Positions 25,883 through 37,295 of a stretch of 64,000 bases of DNA are shown here, piece by piece. The DNA comes from Octopus sinensis (taxonomy: Eukaryota), in assembly GCF_006345805.1 (NCBI RefSeq), contig NC_042997.1, forward strand, positions 118,854,001 to 118,918,000, read 5' to 3'. The position numbers and the translations under genes were made by a program. Positions within the stretch are counted from its first letter, which is position 1, and each line of letters starts with the position of its first letter. Under the pieces are notes generated by a model that searched no databases, had not been told where the DNA came from, and worked only from the letters and a program-made list of their open reading frames with translations.

Positions 25883-28800
25883 ATGGCTATTCACATTGGT
25901 TGTTTAAATGTTCATGGCCTGTTGTCAAGCTGGAAGCAAGGACGCTCTCTGAATGACATCAGGTCGAGAAATTTGGATGTAATTGTTGCAACGGAAACCC
26001 GGGTGAAGGGGCCAAGAGATCTGCTCCCCCTCCTGAACGGCTACGAGAAATACGTTTCTCCGAGTCGGGCGGGAGGTGGGGGTGGGGTGTTGGTCCTACT
26101 AAAAAGAAACCGGGTAGCCGAGAAAAAGTTGGTTTTTTCTGACCCAGAAGGCAGGCTGGTCGTTCTCGACTTGACATTCAGTTGTGGCAAGACAATCAGG
26201 CTGGTCGCTATTTATGCACCAAACATTATTGGCCCGCAAACTGAATATTTTCGTGGCCTAGGAAAGTTCCTAGCCACGTCGCATTCACTAGTAGTGTTAG
26301 GAGACTCTAATACAATATGTGCAGCACACACAGATTGTGTTGGCTCAAACTCGAACATGAACAGAAAATGTAACACAGGCTTTCGGGATCTGCTAAGTCA
26401 ATTTCAGCTAGCAGATCCATATAGGTTGGAGCACCCGAACACTCCACAGTGGACGTGGTCAAATAGTGACGGGTCTACCAGAACATATCTAGATAGGATT
26501 TTAATTAGAGAAAAATATAAGTCCATAGTTGAGTGTCCACAGATTTTTCTAGTCAGCTACAGTGACCACAAGATGGTTACCTGTAAACTGACGGTAGATA
26601 AGTTGCATAGACAGGGATCTGGCTACTGGAAACTCAATACGTCCCTTTTGGCGATTGAGGAGTACAGAAAGCGGATCAAGATGTTAATACAGAGGGCATT
26701 AACAGGTACCATCATTAATAACAAATGGTGGTACGCCCTAAAAAGAGCCATCAAATATGAGTCTATTAGGTTTAGCATAAGTTTAGCTAAGAAGGGACGT
26801 AAAATAGGAGATGGTCTAGTTAAGGAACTAGAAGAAGCCTGGAGGACTGGTAATACAGACCAAGCGAGGGTGAAAAGACTGGAGTTAAACCAGCATCTTG
26901 AAGCCCACCACATGGGAAGTATTACCAGAGCTAAGTTACGTGCAATGGGAAGTGAAGGAATCAAAGCCGCTGGATGGGCCCGAGTGGTGGAAGCTCGGCA
27001 AGGAAATAGTTCCTCTATTCGGTCTTTGACGAATCAAAATGGTGTCTTGATAAACGAACCCGAGAAAATGTGTGAGGTCTTTCGGGAGTACTTCGCCCAG
27101 CTGTTCGGGGGTGACGGCGGTCCTGGTGGTGGGAGAGCCCTCGAGGACTTTCTTACCGGGCTGCCGTGCCTCTCGGGGTCGGATGCGGAGTCTTGCGAAG
27201 GGCCAATCACACTTGAGGAGGTGATGGAGGCTTTGGCCGATTGTAAAGCGGGTAAGTCACCGGGACTTGATGGTCTTCCGTACGAGCTGTATAAATGTAT
27301 GCCAGACTTGTTCGGGCAACTACTGACTGACGTGTACGCGAACTGGAAACAGAATGGGTTTATCCCCAGATCTGTGCGCCGGGGAGTAGTGACGTTGGTC
27401 AGAAAGGACCCGGACAAGGGGGACGTTCTAGAGAATTTCAGGCCCATCACTCTGTTAAACGCAGAAGTGAAGATTTTGGCCAAGGTTCTAGCAAAAAGGT
27501 TGGCGCGTGTCGCGAATGGTATATTCGGGGAGGCACAGACATGTGCCATCCCAGGCAGAACCATTCAGGATACCCTCCATCTTATTCGCTATACCATAGA
27601 GAGGTTTGGTAATAAATCTGGCAAAGGTGGGGCATTGGTGCATTTGGACCAGTCTAAAGCTTTTGATAGGGTTGACCATCGATACCTAGCGACTGTACTT
27701 GCGCGGTTTGGCCTGGGCCTTGGCTTCCTCAGGTGGTTTATCGCTTTGTACCACAACATTGACTCGATAGTTCGGGTGAATGGTTTCCTTTCGAAGCCGT
27801 TCTGCATCAGACGCTCGGTTCGTCAAGGATGTCCGCTTTCACCACTTTTGTATGTGATGGCTCTCGAGCCATTACTGCAAAGGTTGAGTGGCATCCCGAG
27901 AGAACCAGGACTAGAGGAGTTTGTTACGGCTTTCGCGGATGATATCACTATCAGTGTAACCACAGTGGTACGCCTACGTGAAGTAGGTAAGACTATTGAG
28001 GCTTACGAGGAGGTAGCAGGAGCAAAGATTAACCGGGAAAAGTCGGTCGGCTTGCAGCTCGGCACCTGGGTTGGCAAGTCGATGCCTTCAGACAGTGTTG
28101 TTAGGCGCTGGACGGAGGGACCGGTTAAGTTGCTGGGAGTCTGGTTTGGACCAGGCCTCCAGATAGAGAAGAACTGGACGGAGGTATTGAGCAGGGTGGC
28201 TGCAGTAGTCAAGACTTGGTCTTGGCGGTGGCTATCCCTGAAAGGAGGGCGGAAGTGGCCAATGTGTTTATCGCATCGGTCATTACCTACCGCCTGACTG
28301 TCGTGCCCTGTCCGGATTCGTGGTTGATCAGGTTGGAGAGACAGCTCTTTCGCTTTTTGTGGAAGGGCAGGTCGCCACTTGTGAAACGCTCTGTCTGCTG
28401 TCAAAAGCCTTTAAATGGAGGTTTAGGGATGCCTTGGTTAATGATGCGCAGACATGCGTTGAGGTTGAGGCACCTCTGGATTCTCCTGGATAGTGAACGG
28501 GTGTGGTCTCCGCTGGCCAGACAAATGTTCCCTGAGTTCAAGAGTTTTTGCGAACAGGAAGCCTGGTGTTCTCGTAGACCGAGGTCGAGTGAGTGGCATA
28601 AAGAGTGCCGTAAGGCCCTCTTGCTGTTCCGGCGCTCGGGCAACGCCAGCGGTGGGGGTTCCACACGGATTTTATATAGTGGGTTGGTAGAGTCTGAATG
28701 CGACGATGGCCTGGGGTCGACTCTAGGTCTCGGATTTATTCAACTGGACAGCTTGTTTCATCGTACATTCGGGTTGAGAACGTTGGACAACTTCCAAAAG

Positions 28801-29283
28801 TCCTTAACCTGGCAATGCTACAGAGGTGCCTTGCCCGTTTGGGATAAGCTCGCAAGACATGGTAAACGTCAGTCGCCGACCTGTCCAAGATGCGGTGGGG
28901 ACAGGGAAACCGTCCCTCACGCTATTGTTCAGTGTCCGGAGATAACTGAAATGTGGGCTTATGCTGAACATCTGTTGTCCGGCGAAGGAAGAGTACGGCT
29001 GTCGACTGAGTCAATTATAAAAATTGACCCACCGGGAGTTCTAACGAACGAAGGTAAGAATTGTTTTCTCACGGTTGTAGCAATAGCAAAAGCGGCTGTA
29101 TGGAATACTAGGATAAAAGGAATTAAGACAGGCAACTTTATCTCTGGTGACAATTTACGATCCTTTTTTTCTTTTCATTTGAAAAAGAAACTGTGGCTGG
29201 AGAAGAGGTGTCTGTCAGAGTGTACGTTCCAAAAGAGATGGAAGTATGTTGCACGAGTGTTGTGCGTGCAAGGAACCGTGTGA
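25883..29283 (+). pseudogene. Tx1 ORF2: apurinic endonuclease, reverse transcriptase and C-terminal zinc finger; one frameshift near 28245
   Basis: APE motifs GCLNVHGL, ATET, IYAP, GDSN, LDRI, SDH; GYWKLN linker; RT motifs KSPGLDGL, NFRPITLLN, LDQSKAFDRV, RQGCPLSPLLY, FADD; CPRC..ETVPHAIVQC. ORFs 25880-28297 and 28216-29283 join at LSLKG/RAEVAN. Confidence 0.93.
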
Positions 29284-30299
29284 ATAGACGAGGAAAAAAA
29301 AAAAAGGAAAAATAAAAAGGTATCAGCGGTAGATCGGGGCTTGTGGGATCGGAGCGTAACTTGATCATCGCTTCATTTGTATTGTTTTTGTACTGTGTAT
29401 TCCATTCGATTTTTATGTATTGTATTTTATTTTTGATGTCACATTTATGTAAAATCATATCGATTCACTGATCCCATCAGTTGTACTGTCCATATCTATG
29501 TTTGGCCCCCGGTGGGCAATAAAGAAATTGGTATTTCGTCTGCGGTCATGTTCTGAGTTCAAATTCCGCCGAGGTCGACTTTGCCTTTCATCCTTTCGGG
29601 GTCGATTAAATAAGTACCAGTTACACACTGAGGTCGATATAATCGACTTAATCCGTTTGTCTGTCCTTGTTTGTCCTCTCTGTGTTTAGCCCTTTGTGGG
29701 TAGTAAAGAAATATATATGCTCAAAAGTGCAACCGCAGGGAGATAGCGTTCCTACTTGCTGTTTCTACTCCACATAACGACTGATTTCATAATGTGGAAA
29801 GCAATGGCTAGCACCAATTTTTTGAATAACGTGGGCACTGCGCAAACTGACGGATTTGCATTTCGTAGACGAGTTGGTATCACTAAGCACTACTATATAT
29901 ATATATTTACATACACACAGGAGTAACGCAGTTTGCAGCAGGCGTTGGATATTTAGAAATGTTTTTAATTCTTTCTTAAACTGCAAATAATATAAATTTT
30001 AAGAAAAAATAAAGTTGTCTGAAGTTTTACATTATACTGCAATATTTCACACAAAACCCAGCTAGCAACATTACTTCTACAAGGAACTGGTTTTAACTTC
30101 GAAATATTGAAATACTAAGTAAAACTACAAGTATTGTATTATTTTTTATAACTTAAATTCCTTGAAATAACCAAACATATATGCATACATATACATTTAT
30201 AAAGGATTAAAGGCCAGTTTCCTGGATTCTGTAGAAACTGTAGGGGACGCCGATTGATCGCATGGTCCCTCAGTTTCTCCAGCTGCGTGGATTGGAAAA

Positions 30300-30431
30300 A
30301 TGGGGAATGAATTGTTTTTTTTTTCTTCCTCCAGAGCTCAAGGCATCGTTCGGTTCAGAAAACACACCCACAATCTTATATCTGAGATCATGAATGCAAC
30401 ATCCTGATCACTAAGCCATGCGCCTCCACCA
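30300..30431 (-). mobile_element. Short tRNA-head SINE fragment
   Basis: Minus strand GGAGGCGCATGGCTTAGTGATCAGG A box-like head. Confidence 0.5.
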
Positions 30432-30434
30432 TCA

Positions 30435-30469
<35 letters not shown>

Positions 30470-30471
<2 letters not shown>

Positions 30472-31942
30472 GGTGAACGCGTACATCGCGTCCATCATCT
30501 ACTACCGCCTGACCGTCGTACCTTGTCCCGACCCTACCATCACCAAACTAGAACGCATCCTCTTCCGCTTCTTGTGGAAAGGATGCGTCCCGATGGTCAG
30601 GCGATCCATTTGCTGTCAACACCCGTTAAAAGGAGGGCTGGGCATGCCGTGGTTGATGATGCGCAGACACGCGCTGAGACTGCGACATCTCCGGCTCTAT
30701 GTAGACGACGGTGAACAGGTGTGGTCGCCGTTTGTGAGGCACGCATTCCCGCAACTTGTCTCCATGACCGAACTACAGTCGTGGATCAAAAAGAGGCCGA
30801 AGAAGGGCGAATGGCACCGCGAGTGTCGCGTTGCTCTCAAGCAACTCTGCCGTCCCGGGTCGACCTTGAGTGACTTCAACACAACCAAAGCATTCTATAG
30901 GGGATTAGTGGAGGGGAGGTACGACGACGAGCTCGGGGCAAACCTGGGCGTCGACGAGGAATACCTGACCCGCCTGTTTCAAACGACTTTCGGCCCGGGA
31001 CCTATGGACAACTTCCAGAGATCCCTGGCCTGGCGGTGCTACCGAGAAGCGCTACCCGTTCGGGATAAGCTCTATAGGCATGGCTCGAGAAACACGGGGC
31101 CGACCTGCCCGAGATGCGGGCAGAGCGACGAAACCGCTCTGCACGCAATCGTGCAGTGTCCAGCAATTTCCCACCTGTGGGCTTATGTCGAACGACTGCT
31201 GTCACGTGTGGGACGTGTCGGTTTATCAGCCGAGTCTATCGTTAATATCGTCACGCCTCCTTCCTTCAAACGGGAAGGAAGAGCTATTTTTATCATACTT
31301 GTGGCTATGGCGAAAGAATGTATCTGGTGGACGCGTCTGAAAGGATTAGAGACAAACACTTTCCTCTCTGGTCAATCTCTCATCAACTTCTTCAAGTATC
31401 ACTTGAAGAAAAAAGTGAGAGTAGAGAGGCAAGTTTTGTCTAGTGAATGTTTTAAAAAAGATGGGTGAATGTAGCAAGGATGGCACGTATGAATGACGAA
31501 GCCACCTTGACTATGATTCTATGAACCGTAAAAATTAATACAGAGAGTTGCTTATTTGCAAAAAAAAAAAGAAATATAACATGTGACTTCATTGACCGAG
31601 GTTACCGTGGTCTTTTCCGTAGGCTTTTCTTTCCACGGGTAAACCTCACCTGTCCTCCCCTTTACACTTCATATTGACATTTCTGTGATAACGATCCCTA
31701 TTGATCAATTATTTTTTTCCTCTCCCCCCTTTTTTTAACCCCCCCTTTTTTTGTCCTTTCTCTCCTTTTACGATCCCTTTTGATCGACCCCCCCTTTTTT
31801 ATTTTATTTTATTTGTTATTTTATTATTATTATTATTATTATTATTTTATTTTTTAAATTTTTTTTTTAAACCTTCAAAAGAAAAGCTCTACCTTGTAAT
31901 TTGTTCTATCTGTGTGCAGCCCTGTGTGGCTAATAAAGAAAC
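30470..31942 (+). mobile_element. 5'-truncated Tx1-clade LINE (second family) inserted in (TCTA)n
   Basis: 332-aa ORF homologous to the ORF2 C-terminus of the 24-29 kb element (GGLGMPWLMMRRHALRLRHL, CPRC..ETALHAIVQC). 3' end AGCC-CTGTGT-GGCT-AATAAAGAAAC; (TCTA)n on both sides (30433-30470, 31945-31981). Confidence 0.92.
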
Positions 31943-31943
31943 A

Positions 31944-31981
<38 letters not shown>

Positions 31982-32066
31982 GATTCAGAAGAATATGATA
32001 CTTAAGTGGAGGCACCAGAATTTAGTACGGTATCATCCATACAATTTCAAATTAAGGTGATAAAAG

Positions 32067-32471
32067 TCAAAATAAGCAACAGAGGTAATGCAGTACGATC
32101 GTTTCATGTGACTCCCTTTAATAGAACAATGCAATCATTTCATTACATCAATTTAAAATGTAGAGCAATCTTCAGCTACACAAAGACATAGAATTTAATT
32201 AAATTAGAAGAACACATTAGAATGAGTTACAACAACTATGATGTTGTTGGTAAAACATGTTCTTTGTCTATCTCTTTATCATCTTGGAGATTTTAGTTAA
32301 AATTATATTAATGTGTCCATCTAATTTAAATAAATTCTATGTCTTTGTGCAGCTGAAGATTGCTCTACATTTTAAATTGATGTAATAAAATGACTGTATT
32401 GTTCAATTAAATGGAGTGGCATGAAACGATCGTGCTGCATTACCTCTGGATATCCTTGTTGCTTATTTTGA
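32067..32471. mobile_element. MITE/foldback with ~140-bp terminal inverted repeats
   Basis: 32067-32208 is the reverse complement of 32320-32471 (e.g. TGTAGAGCAATCTTCAGCT / AGCTGAAGATTGCTCTACA). Confidence 0.75.
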
Positions 32472-32477
32472 TATCTA

Positions 32478-32495
32478 TCAATCAATCAATCAATC

Positions 32496-32565
<70 letters not shown>

Positions 32566-32582
32566 CCAATCTATCTATCTAT
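32478..32582. repeat. (TCAA)n microsatellite
   Basis: Direct reading. Confidence 0.95.
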
Positions 32583-33471
32583 CGTGTGTATAGGTGCACT
32601 ATGGCCGAATACTTAAGAAGTTGGGGTTGCCAATCATTAGTTCTAGAGTTATTTCCAACTGCGTAGCAAATCGTACCCTATTCTCCAGGTGAACACATCT
32701 CTTATCATTCAAATCAAATAGACGGGACCTGTATAGAAGCTCCACCTAATGAGAAAAAAGCATTTTTAAGAGTGAGTTAGAGATTGAGCTGAACGGTAGA
32801 TGATTCAGTGTTATTACCAACCACATTTTCACGAAAACAGCAAAAAATTTAATTAGAGAAAAACTATTAAATAAAGATGTAGCATTCAATAAATGAATTT
32901 CTTTTATACCTCGTTTGTTACACAACGTATTTGATACGCAACATATGCATAACATCAATCACAATAATTTCAGTAAAATCCTCCTAAGTCTAATAACAAA
33001 AGGGATATTTGTAATAAATATCAGGTATTCCCAGATAAATATCGCAGTATATTACGATGTTGTGGTATATTCTATTATTCCCAAGTATAATTATGTAGTG
33101 AAAGCGCAAATTTGATGAAAGCGAAGCAGTACAAAATTAATACAAATTCTTTTTTATATATATATATGTATTTCGGTAAAGAAAAAAATGTGAAGTCTTC
33201 ACAGAAATTACATTTCATATCGATATTTTCATTCGATAGATATTGCTATTACAAAGATCCATTCTCTGTGGAAGGTATTACAAAAAAATGAATGCACGCA
33301 TAATTCATAAAGCGTATTGCCAAAGAAAACCTGGCCTGATTTGAATTCATGTTGTATATATACGTTTAAAACATCGCAAATCTCACATATTTCGTGCGAC
33401 GCTCTCAAAATCTTACTCCATCACAGAGATAAAGAAAGATGTCTTCTTTTATAGTGATTATACTTGTAATT

Positions 33472-33590
33472 GGTTACGGCCATATCACCTTGAAGGCACC
33501 AATTCTCGTCCGATCACCGAAGTTAAACAACGTCGAGCCTAGTTAGTACTTAGATGGGTGACTGCTTGGGAAACCTAGGTGCTGTAAGCG
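33472..33590 (+). rRNA. Full-length 5S rRNA-derived sequence (retrocopy or SINE3 head, probably not a functional rDNA unit)
   Basis: 119 nt GGTTACGGCCATATCACCTTGAAGGCACC..CTCGTCCGATCACCGAAGTTAAACAACGTCG..TTAGTACTTAGATGGGTGACTGCTTGGGAA..GGTGCTGTAAGC follows the metazoan 5S consensus. Solitary and flanked by TSD ATTATACTTGTAAT. Confidence 0.9.
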
Positions 33591-34219
33591 TCACATATTT
33601 GCCCTTGTGGAAAAATTTATAACTATTATACTTGTAATGAATACCAGAGCGATTGGATATTGGACAACACAAAAGATTGTAGCAAATCGAAATGCTTGTT
33701 TATTGTAAGTAGTAAAAAAACTATCGTTTCGAGTACTTGTGATCATAGGAGTAAAAAAAAATGAAATCTGGTTTTCGGAAAGTATAATGATGGGTTAACA
33801 GAATTTGTAGTGTAGTGGACGAATTAACATCTGGTAATTATTTACGCGATTATATATACTGAGTTCAAACCCCAACAGGGTCAACTTACATTTTACCTTC
33901 CAATGTCTATGAAATAAGTACGTTGTTATTATCAAGTATATTTCCCCCGCAAATCTGAAGTTTAATACTTATATTTTCAACAACGGATGAAGTAGCAAGA
34001 TGCAATGAATGAAACACGTTATTAATTTCCTCTCAGCTATGTCGTTCAAATATTAACGTTTCTTTCAGCTTTCTTGATTTACAGTATGTGTTACATAAAA
34101 TATTTAATGAATGACGTACTACCAAAAGTATATGTGTATATTAAGTGAAGAACATGCAATGTCGCACATACCTCAAGAACATGGATGTTCCCTAGTGATT
34201 AGAATAGAACTACGAGAGA

Positions 34220-34260
<41 letters not shown>

Positions 34261-34287
34261 TAATAATAATAATAATAATGATAATAA

Positions 34288-34660
34288 TGTGTGGTAAGTA
34301 GCTTGTTTACCAACCGCATGGTTCCGGGTTCAGTCCCACTGCGTGGCATCTTGGGCAAGTGTCTTCTACTACAGCCTCGTGCCGACCAAAGCCTTGTGAG
34401 TGGATTTGGTAGACGGAAACTGAAAAAAGCCCGTCGTATATATGTATATATGTGTGAGTGTATGTACATGTGCCTGTGTTCGTCCCCTTAGCATTGCTTG
34501 ACAATCGATGCTGGTGTGTGTACGTCTCCGTCACTTAGCGTTTCGGCAAAAAGAGACCGATAGAATAAGTCCCGGGGTCGAGTTGCTCGATTAAAGGCGG
34601 TGCTCCAGCATGGCCGCAGTCAAATGACTGAGACAAGTAAAAGACTAAAGACTAAAGACA
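34288..34660 (+). mobile_element. SINE family B within (TAA)n
   Basis: GTGTGGTAAGTAGCTTG..GGTTCAGTCCCACTGCGTGGCA..internal TA/TG..CATGGCCGCAGTCAAATGACTGAGACAAGTAAAAGA. Confidence 0.88.
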
Positions 34661-34680
34661 TAATAATAATAATAATAATG

Positions 34681-34715
<35 letters not shown>

Positions 34716-34737
34716 TATAATAACAATAATAATAATA

Positions 34738-35268
34738 ACTCTCATGGCTTCTGATCTTAACTGATTGGAAGTGTTATCATGTACATTGTTTTGTCTTGGT
34801 ATAAAAGATGGGCTACAGCAAATATTCTGCTCAATACCACAGATTTGCTTGTCAGTTGTTTGACCTTAACCAGTTGAGCATGTCCCTTAGTGGCTGACGA
34901 TATGTGCATCTCTGATCACGAGCAGAAGTAGTGGGGGAGCATCATGGCCATGTGTTGAGAGGGATTCTTTGGAGTTTGAATGGTTCACCTCTGGAAACAT
35001 AGGTGTTTCGTTCAACATCCCAAAGCAACCCTTATTCAAGGACCGTTTGAGCAGGATGGGCTACTCAACCTGAAGAAAATTCTAACTGGGCCCCACCTGC
35101 AAGGTCATGTGCTGTTTATCTTGATATGAGATCACCATGTCGCGCACATATGGTTGTGATGCATGTGCCTGGTGTACCTTTATCAGACGGGTAGTCATGA
35201 TGGGTATATTGGGCTTCGTATATTTTACCCCAGTGTCACTTTGATGGCATGAACTGCTCTCTCACTCA
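34738..35268 (+). mobile_element. ~530-bp non-coding insert embedded in (TAA)n; likely 3' UTR or non-autonomous derivative of a TAA-targeting retroelement
   Basis: Higher-GC non-repetitive block with sharp borders and (TAA)n on both sides; no ORF. Family assignment is inference. Confidence 0.45.
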
Positions 35269-35457
35269 ATAATAATAATAATAATTATAATAACAGGATT
35301 CTAAGCACTTGAAAGACTGTTGAAAATTTGCGGACAACAAAAGTCACTGGTAGTAAACCTCTACCCACATAAATCCTACCAGGAATCAGAATAAACCTGA
35401 GCCAAACCAAAACAACAACAAAACAACAACAACAACGACAACAATAATAATAATGAA

Positions 35458-36010
35458 GTCTTTAATTGATCACAAAGACTTAAGACACGGAAGACTGAAT
35501 CAGAGGTCGAGATAAAATTCACAAAAATACAGGTGGAGTATACATCGATCAAAGTGTGACACAACAATATTAAGTAATATAACAAAGGATATATAAACAG
35601 AAGTTAGAGAAATGAATAATTAATAAATGAACTACCCAAGATCGGGTTAGACCATTTAGAGTAATTAGGGTTCACGTCGCGTAAAAGACTCGATGCCTGG
35701 GAATTGCTCTCTTCCAGTTTCTTTTCTACTATTTAGAAAAGCATACTCAGAGTAGATCCATTCAGTCTCACCAGCCTTGCCGCTTACGTCCACCTTTTGG
35801 TAAACACACATGAAAGCAAAACCGCCCACTCTACCCTCACGTTTCTCTGCAAATAATATTTGAAACAACTGACGGGGTATTGAACAGATAGGAAAGGGCC
35901 GGTCTTGTAACGGGCCCACCATACAGCCTCTTATACCACAGCCACTAAGCAAAGAAACATCTGCCTTCCAAGTTTGCTAAAGAAAGGCGTTACACCGATC
36001 TTCACACTAC
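35458..36010 (-). mobile_element. Degraded 3' end of another Tx1-clade LINE
   Basis: Minus strand GRQMFLCLVAVV*EAVWWAR...FLS...CFKYYLQRNVRVE aligns by eye with GRAIFIILVAMAKECIWWTR...FFKYHLKKKVRVE of the 30470 copy. Tail GTCTTTGTGATCAATTAAAGAC followed by (TTA)n. Confidence 0.7.
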
Positions 36011-36054
36011 TGAACAATTGAAATAATAACCATGATGATAATGATGACGATAAT

Positions 36055-36330
36055 ATTACGAAGTTTGTGCTCAATTAAGAGAGCACACGTGATGCCAATA
36101 GTAATTGGTGAACTTAGAAGTATCAGCACTCAACTACCAACATTGCTAAACAAGATCGGTACAAGTGTGAATGTAGAACACCTTCAAAAATCATCATTGC
36201 TTGGAACTGAAAGAATTCTTCGCAGGTTTCTTGAAGCATGACCAGTAAACAAGCGTCACCTTCGTCTTCTGGCTATGGACAGCTGACACTTTCCATCATA
36301 ACCAGCAAAATAAGTTGAGGGTTTTCGTAT
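36055..36330 (+). mobile_element. 5'-truncated R4/Dong-like (RLE-type) LINE C-terminus and 3' UTR
   Basis: VMPIVIGELRSI...LQKSSLLGTERILRRFL* matches the PVVIGALG...LQKSALLGTARILR terminus of RLE-type LINEs; bordered by TAA/TGA repeats. Confidence 0.7.
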
Positions 36331-36510
36331 AATAATATATCAATAATAATGATAATAACAAAATGATGAAGTAGATTGACATGTAATTATTGAACCTGTG
36401 GAAGGCACGCTAGATGCCGAAATATCGTTCAACTAATTTCACATGTTAACTATGGTACTCTTCTATTTTTTTCTGTAATAATAATAATAATAGTAATAAT
36501 AATAATAATA

Positions 36511-37060
36511 AATCCTTCCTCTTATAGGCACAAGGCATGAAATTTTAGTGGAGGGGGCCATTCGATTAATTTGACCCAGTACACAATTGATACTTATTTT
36601 ATCGACCCTAAAAGGATGGAAGGTAAAGTTAACCACGGTGGAATTTGAACTCAGAACATATAGACGGGGGAAATGCTGTTAAGAATTTCCTCCGGGATGC
36701 TAACAAATCTGCCAGCTCAGCGCTTTTATAATACTAATACTAATACTAATAATAACAACAACAATAATGATAATAATAATAATAATAATATAATAATAAT
36801 AATAATAAATCCTTCCTCTTATAGGCACAAGGCATGAAATTTTAGTGGAGGGGGCCATTCGATTAATTTGACCCAGTACACAATTGATACTTATTTTATC
36901 GACCCTAAAAGGATGGAAGGTAAAGTTAACCACGGTGGAATTTGAACTCAGAACATATAGACGGGGGAAATGCTGTTAAGAATTTCCTCCGGGATGCTAA
37001 CAAATCTGCCAGCTCAGCGCTTTTATAATACTAATACTAATACTAATAATAACAACAACA
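36511..37060 (-). repeat. Identical tandem duplication (period ~297 bp) of a family C SINE plus its TAA flank
   Basis: 36511-36760 equals 36808-37057 across the SINE. Confidence 0.9.
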
Positions 37061-37066
37061 ATAATG

Positions 37067-37109
<43 letters not shown>

Positions 37110-37226
37110 TGATGATAATGATAATAATAATAATAATATGATAATAATAATGATAATAATAATAATAATTATAATAATATTAATAATAATAATAATAATG
37201 ATAATAATAATAATAATTATAATAAT

Positions 37227-37265
<39 letters not shown>

Positions 37266-37290
37266 TATGATGATGATGTTATTAATAATG
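37030..37290. repeat. (TAA)n microsatellite
   Basis: Direct reading; gives the poly-N and poly-I ORFs. Confidence 0.95.
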
Positions 37291-37295
37291 ACAAA

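Larger units (their letters stand above)
24179..29529 (+). mobile_element. Near full-length Tx1-clade (L1 group) non-LTR retrotransposon
   Basis: 5' UTR, ORF1, ORF2 and a 3' UTR ending GCCC-CCGGT-GGGC-AATAAAGAAATT; TSD GGTATTTCGTCTGC at 24163-24176 and 29530-29543. Confidence 0.93.
24114..29713 (+). mobile_element. Family C SINE (Tx1-tailed subfamily) split by the LINE: 5' part 24114-24178, 3' part 29530-29713
   Basis: The two halves join into the intact SINE seen at 57036-57260. Outer TSD ATATGCTCAAAAGT at 24100-24113 and 29715-29728. Confidence 0.9.

Noticed and set aside
26623-29153. Minus-strand ORFs of 60-176 aa overlapping LINE ORF2
   Set aside because: Antisense shadows of a GC-richer coding sequence; no independent motifs.
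33472-33590. Functional 5S rDNA unit
   Set aside because: Solitary, lacks the immediate oligo-T terminator, and is TSD-flanked with a SINE-like tail.
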